Source of the DNA: Capsulimonadales bacterium
GTDB taxonomy: Bacteria > Armatimonadota > Armatimonadia > Armatimonadales > Armatimonadaceae
NCBI GenBank assembly: GCA_033762295.1
Contig: JANRLW010000025.1
Coordinates: 1-55,499, forward strand
Length of the DNA stretch: 55,499 nucleotides
Reading direction: 5' to 3'
Of this stretch, positions 28,618 to 38,174 are shown piece after piece. Below the pieces are notes generated by a model. That model did no database searches and was not told the origin of the DNA. It saw only the letters and a program-made list of their open reading frames with translations. Made by a program: the position numbers and the translations under genes. How positions within the stretch are numbered: the first letter of the stretch is position 1; each line of letters opens with the position of its first letter.

Positions 28618-29279
28618 TCCCGGGGCGGGCCGCCCGGCCCGTCAAAACCGCCCGGCCCGCCGGGTTGACCCGGCTGACCCGGTCGACCTGCGCCGCGACC
28701 GGGGAAACCGCCCTGCCCCGGCATCGGACGACGCGCTTTGACGGCTTTTTCCAGTACCGTCAGCTGCTCCGCCGTCAGGTTCAGTTCGGAAGCCGTCTCC
28801 AGCGGCAATCCGAGACCACGGACCACATTCCAGGCGCGGAGCAGGCCGGGCACCCGCTTGCGCTGCTCCTCGGTCAGCAGGGACTCGATCGTTTTCGACG
28901 CTTTCTCGTTCATGGCCCTGAGGGCGGCACGGGGATCGCCTTCCGGCGCGCCGTCGCCCTGCGGTGGTCGTCGCGCTTCCGCATTTTCTCGCATCTCCTC
29001 CTGAACCCGCTGAATCCGGCTTTGCTGTTCTTCGGTCAGTTTCAGCGACGTCGCCAGGACACGGACCGGCGCGGTCGCCAGGGAAACCTCAGGCGGACCC
29101 ATCGGTCGACGCCCCATCGGTCCCTGCCCGCCGGGGAACCCCGGACCACCATTTCCACCGGGGCCGCCGAACCCGGGCGGAGGGCCGTCCGGTCCCTGCG
29201 CCAGCGCGGTTCCGTGGATCGTCAAAAGTAAAGTGGCCGCCAGCATCGGCGCGCCTCCGAAAATGTTTCGTCCCGACAT
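28614..29279 (-). CDS. Secreted Gly/Pro-rich Spy/CpxP-like (LTxxQ) protein
   Basis: Signal peptide ending ALA-Q; LKLTEEQ, LLTEEQ and LNLTAEQ motifs; divergent from the TCS. Confidence 0.7.
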   Translation of the reverse strand: MSGRNIFGGAPMLAATLLLTIHGTALAQGPDGPPPGFGGPGGNGGPGFPGGQGPMGRRPMGPPEVSLATAPVRVLATSLKLTEEQQSRIQRVQEEMRENAEARRPPQGDGAPEGDPRAALRAMNEKASKTIESLLTEEQRKRVPGLLRAWNVVRGLGLPLETASELNLTAEQLTVLEKAVKARRPMPGQGGFPGRGAGRPGQPGQPGGPGGFDGPGGPPRD

Positions 29280-29290
29280 GGTCTCAACCT

Positions 29291-29320
29291 CCGTTGTTTT
29301 GTTGGCCGTTGTTTTGTTGG
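29291..29320. repeat. Perfect 15-bp tandem repeat (CCGTTGTTTTGTTGG)x2
   Basis: Read directly; lies in the 5' leader of the Spy-like gene, abutting its GGAGG RBS. Confidence 0.85.
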
Positions 29321-29348
29321 CTCCTGCGGCTTGTCACCGCACATTTTC

Positions 29349-29429
29349 AGGATAACGTCCGGTTATGAAGAAGTCCTGAACGCAAATCGGCGTTTTTTTC
29401 AGGTTTTCTTCATCTTGCAAACGTACAAT
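29349..29429. promoter_or_regulatory. Divergent promoters, each with a TTCAGGnnTTCTTCAT box 10 bp upstream of a -10 element
   Basis: + strand: box 29398-29413, TACAAT 29424-29429. - strand: box 29380-29365, TATCCT 29354-29349. Confidence 0.7.
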
Positions 29430-29473
29430 AGGAAGGACGGGAACGAGAAAATCGTCCGTCGGGAGGCAAGCAA

Positions 29474-30166
29474 TTGCGGCTTCTGTTGGTCGAGGACGAG
29501 GAAGCGCTGGCCGGCGCGATTCGACGGGGCCTGGAAAAGGCGCACTACAAGGTCGACTGGGCGGAGGATGGCACGACCGGTTTCAATCTGGCCTGCGAGA
29601 ACCGCTACTCGGCCATCATTCTCGACGTCATGCTGCCGGGGATGGACGGATGGACGATCTGCAAACGGCTCCGAACCCGTCGCGACAACACGCCGATCCT
29701 GATGCTGACCGCCCGTGATGAGGTGGAGGACCGGGTCAAAGGTCTCGAACTGGGCGCGGACGATTACCTGCCAAAACCCTTTGCCTTCCCCGAACTGCGC
29801 GCGCGGGTCGCCGCGCTCCTGCGCCGGGAGCAGATGCACAAGAGCCGGAGCATTCGGATCGGCGATCTGGAAATCGATACGAAGACCCGGCAGGTGCGGC
29901 GCGCCGGAACCGTGGTGGCGCTGACGCCGCGTGAGTACGACCTTCTGGAAGCTTTGGCCGCGCACGAGGGCCGTCTGATCTCGCGCGAGATGATTCTGGA
30001 GCGTATCTGGATGGATGACCAGAGCAACAGCAACACGGTGGAGGTGCATATCGCCTCACTCCGTCGTAAAATCGACGCCCCGTTCGACGTCAAACTGATT
30101 CACACCGTCCATCGGCAGGGGTACGTTCTTCGCGGGCCGCAGTCGGAGGAGTCGGTTCCGTCATGA
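29474..30166 (+). CDS. OmpR-family response regulator
   Basis: LLVEDE, ILDVMLPG, LTARD, GADDYLPKPF and wHTH; TTG start after GGGAGG. Confidence 0.95.
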   Translation: MRLLLVEDEEALAGAIRRGLEKAHYKVDWAEDGTTGFNLACENRYSAIILDVMLPGMDGWTICKRLRTRRDNTPILMLTARDEVEDRVKGLELGADDYLPKPFAFPELRARVAALLRREQMHKSRSIRIGDLEIDTKTRQVRRAGTVVALTPREYDLLEALAAHEGRLISREMILERIWMDDQSNSNTVEVHIASLRRKIDAPFDVKLIHTVHRQGYVLRGPQSEESVPS

Positions 30167-31695
30167 ACTTCGACCCGCGCGTCTCCGTTCGCACCCGGCT
30201 GGCGTTCTGGAACGTGCTGACGCTGCTGTTGATCCTCGCGCTGTTCGGACTCGCTCTCCGCGTCGGTGTGGAAAAGGTGCTTCTCTCGTCGCTCGATCGC
30301 CAGCTCGACGATCAGATCGCCCTTCGCTTCGCTCCCCTGGAGATGCCTCCGAACGGTTTTCACGGCGGACCGCCCGACTTCATGCCGGGGGGTCCCCGCA
30401 TCCCCGGCGATCCCCCGTTCGTCGGTCCGGAGCGCCCGCGCGGTCCGGGAAATTGGCGCGGCCCTCGGGACGGTCGCCCGTTCGACCGTCGGCCGTTCGA
30501 GCGCCGTGGTCCCGACGGCCGTCCGCTGCGATTATTGCCGAACGGCCGACTGCCTTCGGGAATGCTCCCGCCCCGTCTGTTTCCTCCGGACTCCGACGAC
30601 ATGGCCTACTTCGGGGCCGCTCTTCCGCGCGCCCGCCAGGGTCGAGCGGGGTGGGACAACACCGATTTTCAGGGGGAACCGATCCGGGTTCGGACCGTCC
30701 CGCTTCTTCGAGAGGGCCAATGGATCGCCACCGCGCAGGCGGCCGGGTCCCTGACCCCGGTCCGGCAGGCGGTGTCCGGCGTGACCATGACCGTCCTGTA
30801 CCTGATCCCGCTGGTTCTGCTGCTGACAGGGGGAGGCGCGCTGGCCCTGACGAACTCCGCCCTGAAACCGGTCCGTGACCTGACCGCGGCCGCCGATCGC
30901 ATCGAGGGAGCGAACCTTTCCGAGCGTCTTCCGGTCCGGGGCAGCGATGAGTTCGCGCAGCTGGCGGGGATACTGAACGCGATGCTCGGTCGGATCGAAA
31001 ACGCTTTCGCCCGGCAAAAGCGTTTCACGGCGGATGCTTCGCACGAACTGCGAACCCCGCTGGCGGTCATCAAGGCGCATACGAGCCTGCTGATCGACGA
31101 TGACCTGGCGACCGAGGAGGAGTTACGGGCGGGTCTGAAAACAATCGATGCGGCTTCCGACCGCGCCCAGCGCATCGTGCAGGACCTTCTTCTGCTGGCA
31201 CGGGGCGATAACGGCACGCTTCCGGTCCGGTGGGAGCCCGTGGTCCTGAACGACGTTCTGCAGGATGCCGTCGGTTCGGTCCGCGCCGCGCGAACCGAAC
31301 CGACCGCCGCTCTCGAAATTCGGACGCCGCCCGCCGTCCGCCTGGTGGCCGACCGGGATCACCTGACCCGGTTGTTCGTCAATCTTCTGGAAAATGCCGT
31401 GCGACATACCCCGGCGACCGGAACGGTGACCATAACCGTCACCGAACGCGATCTCCACGTCCGGGTGACCGTCACGGATACCGGGGAGGGCATCCCCCCG
31501 GAGCACCTGGCGCGAATCACCGAACCGTTCTACCGTGTGGACGCCGCGCGGGCGCGAAAATCGGGCGGAGCCGGCCTGGGTCTTGCGATCTGCCGGACCA
31601 TTCTCGACGCTCTGGGCGGAGATTTTCGGTTCGAGAGCGTCGTCGGCAACGGCACCACGGTCACGATCACCCTGCCGACCCGCCCCTCGTCGTAA
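30163..31695 (+). CDS. Sensor histidine kinase (TM-HAMP-HisKA-HATPase)
   Basis: ASHELRTPL, NLLENAVRH, DTGEGI and GAGLGLAI motifs; Pro/Gly/Arg-rich periplasmic loop. Confidence 0.95.
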   Translation: MNFDPRVSVRTRLAFWNVLTLLLILALFGLALRVGVEKVLLSSLDRQLDDQIALRFAPLEMPPNGFHGGPPDFMPGGPRIPGDPPFVGPERPRGPGNWRGPRDGRPFDRRPFERRGPDGRPLRLLPNGRLPSGMLPPRLFPPDSDDMAYFGAALPRARQGRAGWDNTDFQGEPIRVRTVPLLREGQWIATAQAAGSLTPVRQAVSGVTMTVLYLIPLVLLLTGGGALALTNSALKPVRDLTAAADRIEGANLSERLPVRGSDEFAQLAGILNAMLGRIENAFARQKRFTADASHELRTPLAVIKAHTSLLIDDDLATEEELRAGLKTIDAASDRAQRIVQDLLLLARGDNGTLPVRWEPVVLNDVLQDAVGSVRAARTEPTAALEIRTPPAVRLVADRDHLTRLFVNLLENAVRHTPATGTVTITVTERDLHVRVTVTDTGEGIPPEHLARITEPFYRVDAARARKSGGAGLGLAICRTILDALGGDFRFESVVGNGTTVTITLPTRPSS

Positions 31696-31716
31696 CGGTC
31701 GTCCGTGTCGCGGTCG

Positions 31717-32934
31717 TCAGTTTTGACGGCGCAACGGGTAGCCGGCCGCCAGGAGACGGGTTTCGATTTCGTGGATATGCGCTTCGTCCCGCACCTCGAC
31801 CAGCATCTCGACCCCGGTTCGCCCATACGGAACGTCCGGTGAGATTCGATTGTGGGTCACCTCCATGACGTTTCCCCCGGCCTCCGCGACGACCTCGAGG
31901 AGCCGCACCAGTCCGCCCGGACGGTCCGGGCAGGCCGTGAAAAAGTGGAAGTATCGCTGGGCGCGGATCATTCCGCGTTCGATCAGGTCGGACATCAGTT
32001 TGATATCGAGGTTTCCTCCGCACAGGATCGCCACCGTCCTGCCGACGGCCAGGCCCGGATGCTGCAGGAGAGCGGCAAGCGACGCCGCGCCCGACGGTTC
32101 GACCACGACTTTGACGCGTGTCAGCAGAAGAAGAATCGCCTCCGCGATGACCGCGTCACGGACCGTCACCACGTCGTCGGCGTAGGCCTGAATGTACTCG
32201 AATGTCCGCGGACTGGGCGATTTGATGGCGATCCCGTCGGCAATCGTCGCACAGGGCGTTTCCCGGGGCAGCAGTCGACCGGCACGGAAAGAGCGAGCGG
32301 CGTTATCCGCGCCTTCGGCCTGGACGCCGATCACCCGGCAGGACGGTCGTACGGCCTTTACCGCCGTTGCCACCCCCGAAAACAGACCGCCCCCGCCGAT
32401 CGGGATCACGACCGTATCCATGTCCGGCAGGTCCGCCAGCAGTTCCGAACCCAGGGTGCCCTGTCCGGCGATGACGGCATCGTCGTCGTACGCCGGGATA
32501 AAAACGGCGCCGGATTCGGACGCGAAGCGTCGGGCGGCCGTTACGGCATCGTCGAACCCGGCGCCGTCCAGCAGGACCTTCCCCCCGTAACTTTCGGTGG
32601 CATGGATTTTGGCGATGGATGCGGTGCGCGGCATGAAGATCGTTGCGGCGATTCCCGCGTCGCGTGCGGCCAGGGCGACCCCCTGCGCATGGTTTCCGGC
32701 GGATGCCGTAACCACACCGCGGCTCCGCTCCTCCGGGGTCATTCGACGGACACGCCACGACGCGCCCCGAATCTTGAAAGACCCCGTCCGCTGCAGGTTC
32801 TCCATCTTCAGAAACAGTGCATCATCGGGGATGCCGGCCCGGCGAGCGACACTGCCCGACCTATAAAGGGGAGTATGGCGCACGACCGACCGAATGGCCG
32901 CATACGCCGTTTCGATTTCCTTGTTTCCGATCAT
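31717..32934 (-). CDS. ilvA: Threonine ammonia-lyase with C-terminal ACT domain
   Basis: KMENLQRTGSFKIRG, ASAGNHAQG, IGGGGL and DRPGGL (ACT) motifs. Confidence 0.92.
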   Translation of the reverse strand: MIGNKEIETAYAAIRSVVRHTPLYRSGSVARRAGIPDDALFLKMENLQRTGSFKIRGASWRVRRMTPEERSRGVVTASAGNHAQGVALAARDAGIAATIFMPRTASIAKIHATESYGGKVLLDGAGFDDAVTAARRFASESGAVFIPAYDDDAVIAGQGTLGSELLADLPDMDTVVIPIGGGGLFSGVATAVKAVRPSCRVIGVQAEGADNAARSFRAGRLLPRETPCATIADGIAIKSPSPRTFEYIQAYADDVVTVRDAVIAEAILLLLTRVKVVVEPSGAASLAALLQHPGLAVGRTVAILCGGNLDIKLMSDLIERGMIRAQRYFHFFTACPDRPGGLVRLLEVVAEAGGNVMEVTHNRISPDVPYGRTGVEMLVEVRDEAHIHEIETRLLAAGYPLRRQN

Positions 32935-32982
32935 CTCCGGTCAGCCTTTCGGTTACCGTCCCGCCGCGTCCTCGCGCCGTTT

Positions 32983-33990
32983 TCACATCAGGTCCTGGTG
33001 GGACAGCGTTGCGAACGCCTCCACGACCCGCCGGTCAAAATGACGATCCGCCTCCTCCTCGATTCGGCGCACCGCCTCCGCGACCGTCCATGCCTCCTTA
33101 TACGGGCGATCGTGCGTCAGCGCGTCAAAATGATCCGCCACACTCACAATACGCGCCGGGAGCGGAATCTCCTCACCCGCCAGCCCGTAATACCCGTCCC
33201 CGTCCCAGCGTTCATGGTGGTACAGGGCGATCTCCTCGGCTATGCGCAGGATGGGCGACGTGGTTCCGGCAAGAATCTTCGCGCCGATTGTCGTATGCTG
33301 CTTCATCACCTCGAACTCCTCGGGGGTCAGCGGACCGGGTTTTCTCAAAATCGCGTCGGCGATCCCGATCTTCCCGATATCGTGCAGCGGAGCGGCTCGC
33401 AGAATCATATCGACATATTCCGGGGAATAGCCCATCGCATCAGCGATACAGGCGCTCGTCACTCCGACCCGCTCGGCATGCAGGCCCGTGACATCATCCC
33501 GATACTCGCCCGCACGGGCCAGAATCCGCAGGGAGTCAAGGTGGGCCAGATGTAACTCGTCCGTCCGCTCCCGGACCTTTTCCTCCAGCAGAACGTGGTG
33601 GAAACGGATCCGCAAGAGGTTTCGAATGCGGAGAAGGACCTCCTGTTCATCGAGCGGTTTCGTCAGGAAGTCGTCGGCTCCGGCATTGAGCGCTTTGTAG
33701 CGGGTCGTGGCTTCGGTGTCCGCGGTCAGGACCAGAACAGGCACCGGGTCGGCCTCTCTCGCTTCCGCCAGTTCCGCCAGCAGGGTCAGTCCGTCCGGGT
33801 AGGGCATATGCAGGTCGAGCAGAATCAGATCGGGACGGAGCGAGCGGCACAGGGGCAGGGTTTCACGCGAGTCGGTCGTCCCCCGGACACACGTAAAGCC
33901 GGCCTCCTCCAGAATGATTTCCAGAAACCGAACGTTGGGTTTTTCATCATCGACCACCAGAATGGCCGCATTTTTCAGGTCGGTCAACAT
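32983..33990 (-). CDS. REC + HD-GYP c-di-GMP phosphodiesterase (RpfG-like)
   Basis: VVDDE, LLDLHMP, LHDIGK, HHERWDGDGYY and DALTHDRPY motifs. Confidence 0.92.
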   Translation of the reverse strand: MLTDLKNAAILVVDDEKPNVRFLEIILEEAGFTCVRGTTDSRETLPLCRSLRPDLILLDLHMPYPDGLTLLAELAEAREADPVPVLVLTADTEATTRYKALNAGADDFLTKPLDEQEVLLRIRNLLRIRFHHVLLEEKVRERTDELHLAHLDSLRILARAGEYRDDVTGLHAERVGVTSACIADAMGYSPEYVDMILRAAPLHDIGKIGIADAILRKPGPLTPEEFEVMKQHTTIGAKILAGTTSPILRIAEEIALYHHERWDGDGYYGLAGEEIPLPARIVSVADHFDALTHDRPYKEAWTVAEAVRRIEEEADRHFDRRVVEAFATLSHQDLM

Positions 33991-36900
33991 CCGCCGTCCT
34001 CCTCATTGGCCCGGCCGGACAGTCCCGGTGCCTCGTCTTGCGGTTCCTGCCCCGCCGTTTTTCGTTCCAGAATCGCATCGATCGTCTGTAAAAAGCGAAC
34101 CACGTCGACCGGCTTTGTCAGGTAGGCTTCCACACCGCTTCCCAGCAAACGGCGTATCCGGGTTTCGGTGGCGTCCGCGCTGATGATGACCACCGGAATG
34201 TCCCGGGTCAGCGCGGATTGACGGAGACGGGAGAGGACCTCCTGGCCCGAAATATCCGGCAGATTCAGATCCAGCAGAATCAGGTCCGGGTCATGTTGTC
34301 TGGCCAGATCGAGGCCGTCGTGGCCGTTCATCGCCGAAATAAGCCGGACGGCGGGGCGCATCTCCAGTATCGCTTCCAGAAGATAGAGGTTGGAAAGCCG
34401 GTCCTCGATGCAGAGGAGGGTATGCTCCGCCGTGGCCGAAGGGTCCCGTTCCGAAAGGACGCCGCCGACCGGGGTCGCCGGGCCGATGGGAACGGGCGAA
34501 GGGGTCGTGTTCGTCGTCGCCGGTAATTCGACGAAGAACGTGCTTCCCTGGCCGGGAACGCTGCTGACATCCAGAATTCCGCCCATCGCGCGGACCAGAG
34601 TCCGTGAGAGGACCAGGCCGAGGCCCGTCCCCTCGATTCCGAAACGGGGCGCGTCCAGCCGCTCGAACGGGGTGAACAGTTTGGGCAGTGACTCCGGGGG
34701 AATACCGGGTCCCGTGTCGCGGACCGAAATGCGCAGGCAACGGTTCGGGCGGACGGTCACGGAAACGGTAATACTGCCGTTCGGTCGGTTATACTTGACC
34801 GCATTGGACAGCAGATGGTGGAAAACCTGCTGCAGTCGATGACGATCCGCCAGGATCTGCCCACCCGTGTCGTTCCCGATCTCATCGACCAGGGTGATCC
34901 CTCGTTCAGCCATCTGAGGCCGCAGTTCCCGGAGGGCGGAGAGGAGACACTCCCGGATCGAGACCGGTTCGGTCGTCAGGCCCACCCGCCGGGCTTCGAT
35001 ATCGACGATATCCAGGATCTCGTTGACCAGATCGAGCAACAGCCGTCCGCCGGACAGGATATAATCGACGCTCTCCCGCTGCCGCGGGGTCAATTCCTGT
35101 CGTTCCAGTACCTGCCCGAAACCGAGAATCGCGTTGAGCGGTGTGCGCAACTCGTGGCTGATCCGTGATAGAAACTCGCTCTTGGCCTGATTGGCCGCCT
35201 CCGCCTCCTTCATTGCCGCCGTCAGGTCACGGGTCCGCTGCGCGACCCTCGTTTCCAGTTCGTTCCGCGCCTGCTGCAACGTCCGTTCCGCTCGTTTTCT
35301 CTCGGTAATATCCTCCGAAAGGATGAAAAGCCCCTCCGGGACCGGTTGCACCACCAGTTGAAACCAGGAGGAGGTTCCGTCTTCGTGAAAAAATTCGTTC
35401 TCCAGTTGTTCGGCAACGCGATCCTCCATGCAGCGTTGCAACGACCGGAACATCAGCGAATTCTCGATACCCGGAAACACTTCCATCATCGTCCGCCCGA
35501 CCAGTTCGTAGGCGGGTCGGCGTCCATGGACGGCGGCCGTCTCGTTAACGTAGATATATTTCCAGTCCGGTCCAATAATCTGGCATCCTTCGATCAGGTG
35601 ATCGAGGGTCGAACGGAACCGTTCCTCACTGGCGCGGAGCGCTTCCTCGACCCGGACCCGTTCGCTGATATCGGTGACGACACCGGTCAGTTTCCAGACA
35701 CGCCGCCCCTCGTCGGGCGTGTCCGGCTCGACCCGAACATCCTCGTTCAGGTAGCGTATCCCGTCGGCGGTCTCGACCCTCAGTGTCTGCGTGTATCGAT
35801 CCCCGCCGGTTCTCAGGCATTCCCAGCTGACCTCATCGGCTCGCGCCCAGTCCTCCTGCGGGCGGGCGCGGCACCAGGCTTCCGTCACGCTCTCCCCTTC
35901 CTGTCGATCGATGGGCAGCCAGTTGAGCGTCGCCGGTTCGTTCACGATCGCCAGATCCCAGTAAAGGATCGTCTCCGCCTCGGAATCGAGCCGCCGTCGT
36001 TCCGCATCAGGGCCGACGTCGACTTCATATACTTTCGCTCGCCAGAGCAGACAGTTCGCCCGCCCGGCAATGTCCATGAGGCGTTCCTCACTGACCTTCA
36101 ACGCCTCCTCTGCGCGTCGTCGGTCCGTGATATCGGTGATGACCCCGACTAGTTCCCAGGTGCGCAGGGGCTTTCCGTCCGGTCCCCACCGCGCCGGGTC
36201 GGTTTCCGACGTCCTCGGGGTGATTCGGACGTCCTCGAAGAGAAAACGGTAGCTGCCGTCCTCCACTCGGTTCCGGAAGGTCTGTGAGTAGCGCGGCTCT
36301 CCATGGAGCAACGCCCCCGTGGCGACCTTTCCGGCGGCGATCTCGTCGTCCGGATGGCGGGACAGTTGGATCGCGCGGGACATCGGCACTCCCTGCTCAC
36401 GATGCAGGGGCAGCCAGGGTGGGGCGTCCTCCTCCGACGCGTTGATGACCTGCAGGTCCCAGCGAAGGACGGTTCCTCTTGCCGGGTCGAAAACATGCTC
36501 GGTCGGTTCCGAGGGGAAGGCTTCTTCGACCGTCGCGCGCCAGAGGAGGCAGTTGGCCTGTCCCATCGCGTGACGCAGTTCGTCTCGCGCCGCCTCCCGT
36601 TCCATTTCCGCTCGTTTGCGCTGTGTTATATCCTCGTGCGCAACGATGATTCGGGCCGGCCCCTCGCCTTCGAAGCGGTTTACGTTGACCTCATACCAGC
36701 GAGACTCCGTCGGACTCTGGCACGGGTATTCCCTCCGGTACTGGTCGAGCGTACCCGCCAGAATGTCGCGAAAGGCTTGCAAAATATCCGCACTCTCCTC
36801 GGCATAGATGCCGGTGGCGGATTCGCAAACGGCGAAATAGTTCGCGCCGACGCCGCACGTGCGTGCCGTTCCGCCGTTCTCCTCGTAGAAACGCCGCCAG

Positions 36901-37769
36901 TTTCTATTGACGGCCAGAATCCGCCCGTCGGCGTCGAGAACCGCGATCGACGATCGCAACGCGTCGAGTGTCGACTGCAAAAACCGCTGGAGGTCTCGTT
37001 CCGCCGCCTCGGCCCGTTTGATCTCACTGATGTCATTGGAGATCCCGAGTAATCCGATCGGCTCGCCTCGTTCATCGGTCACCGGGACGACACGACAGTG
37101 CAGCCAGATTCGACTCCCATCCTTCCGGTAATCCTCGAACTCGGCATTCCAGGCTTCGCCGACCGCCAGTTGTCCCAGTGTCCGTTGGATGAACGGACGC
37201 GCCTCCTCCGGAAAACGTTCTATCAGCGGGCGGCCGATCCGTTCCTCCGGCTGCCAGCCGAGGATTCGGGTCGCGCCTTCGTTCCAGAAGGTGACGATCC
37301 CTTCCAGGTCGGTAACAATCACCGAATCCCGCACATTGGCGAGCAACTGGGCGTCCCGCCCTTGCAGGTGTCGGGCCTGCCGCTCGATGTCTTGTCCCTG
37401 TCGGGCTTCCACCGCGCGGCGAACCGCCTCGGCCACCTCCTCCGGGCGATCCTCCGCAACGACATCGGTCAACCCTTCACGGAACAGCGTGACAATCGCC
37501 GCCTCGCCGATCGGACCGGAAATAAGGATAAAGGGCAGGTCGGCATCGCGCTTCCGAACCAGAGCCAGGGCACGCCGCGCATCGAGGGTCGGCAGGCGAT
37601 ACGCGGACAGGACGACATCCGGCAGGGGATCGGTCAGGTTCGTCAGTTCCGCCTCGGTCTCGATCCGTTGAAGAATCACTTCCGGACCAGCGCATCGGAG
37701 TTCCTTCTCCAAAATCGGGAGGTTCGCGGAGATTTCGGCAATGATCAGGACGCGTATACTGGCATTCAT
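33984..37769 (-). CDS. Hybrid histidine kinase: pseudo-REC, multiple PAS/PAS-like domains, HisKA, HATPase, REC
   Basis: ISHELRTPL, LLSNAVKYN, GTGLGL and C-terminal LLDLNLP; start 37769 preferred. Confidence 0.92.
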   Translation of the reverse strand: MNASIRVLIIAEISANLPILEKELRCAGPEVILQRIETEAELTNLTDPLPDVVLSAYRLPTLDARRALALVRKRDADLPFILISGPIGEAAIVTLFREGLTDVVAEDRPEEVAEAVRRAVEARQGQDIERQARHLQGRDAQLLANVRDSVIVTDLEGIVTFWNEGATRILGWQPEERIGRPLIERFPEEARPFIQRTLGQLAVGEAWNAEFEDYRKDGSRIWLHCRVVPVTDERGEPIGLLGISNDISEIKRAEAAERDLQRFLQSTLDALRSSIAVLDADGRILAVNRNWRRFYEENGGTARTCGVGANYFAVCESATGIYAEESADILQAFRDILAGTLDQYRREYPCQSPTESRWYEVNVNRFEGEGPARIIVAHEDITQRKRAEMEREAARDELRHAMGQANCLLWRATVEEAFPSEPTEHVFDPARGTVLRWDLQVINASEEDAPPWLPLHREQGVPMSRAIQLSRHPDDEIAAGKVATGALLHGEPRYSQTFRNRVEDGSYRFLFEDVRITPRTSETDPARWGPDGKPLRTWELVGVITDITDRRRAEEALKVSEERLMDIAGRANCLLWRAKVYEVDVGPDAERRRLDSEAETILYWDLAIVNEPATLNWLPIDRQEGESVTEAWCRARPQEDWARADEVSWECLRTGGDRYTQTLRVETADGIRYLNEDVRVEPDTPDEGRRVWKLTGVVTDISERVRVEEALRASEERFRSTLDHLIEGCQIIGPDWKYIYVNETAAVHGRRPAYELVGRTMMEVFPGIENSLMFRSLQRCMEDRVAEQLENEFFHEDGTSSWFQLVVQPVPEGLFILSEDITERKRAERTLQQARNELETRVAQRTRDLTAAMKEAEAANQAKSEFLSRISHELRTPLNAILGFGQVLERQELTPRQRESVDYILSGGRLLLDLVNEILDIVDIEARRVGLTTEPVSIRECLLSALRELRPQMAERGITLVDEIGNDTGGQILADRHRLQQVFHHLLSNAVKYNRPNGSITVSVTVRPNRCLRISVRDTGPGIPPESLPKLFTPFERLDAPRFGIEGTGLGLVLSRTLVRAMGGILDVSSVPGQGSTFFVELPATTNTTPSPVPIGPATPVGGVLSERDPSATAEHTLLCIEDRLSNLYLLEAILEMRPAVRLISAMNGHDGLDLARQHDPDLILLDLNLPDISGQEVLSRLRQSALTRDIPVVIISADATETRIRRLLGSGVEAYLTKPVDVVRFLQTIDAILERKTAGQEPQDEAPGLSGRANEEDGGC

Positions 37770-38079
37770 AGTCTGTTCGGAACCGATCCGGGCGGAGGGA
37801 GGTCGGCCAACCGCGACCCGTCGCGATTCCCAATTCAATGTCGGTTGCGGCGACGGTTTTCACGACATCCCTCTCTTGAAGAAGCGATGGCGGGATTTCC
37901 CCGGACCCTTCACCGACGGTTCCGAATCCTCCGTCCTTAGGGTTGCCCGGCGCCGCAACGTTCTCCTCCCCCGGTTCCGGTTGCCCGGTCGCCGGACGAC
38001 ATTCTCGATTCCGGTACGTTTTCTTTTAAAGAATTTACAGTGAAATTTCTCTCACCTGGCGAATAACCAGCGGTTCAGG

Positions 38080-38109
38080 TTGAAAAATCCGGGGTTCAGG
38101 TTATACAAT
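38080..38109 (+). promoter_or_regulatory. sigma70-like promoter of the M43 peptidase gene
   Basis: TTGAAA-18-TACAAT, overlapped by GGTTCAGGTT direct repeats. Confidence 0.5.
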
Positions 38110-38174
38110 CGGGAGTGTGGTAACCTCCGGGTCGCCTGCATCTTTCTCCTTTCATTCGGGTTAGGAAGGTCTGT

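Noticed and set aside
31852..33555. 567-aa + strand ORF
   Set aside because: Antisense to ilvA and the HD-GYP gene; no motifs
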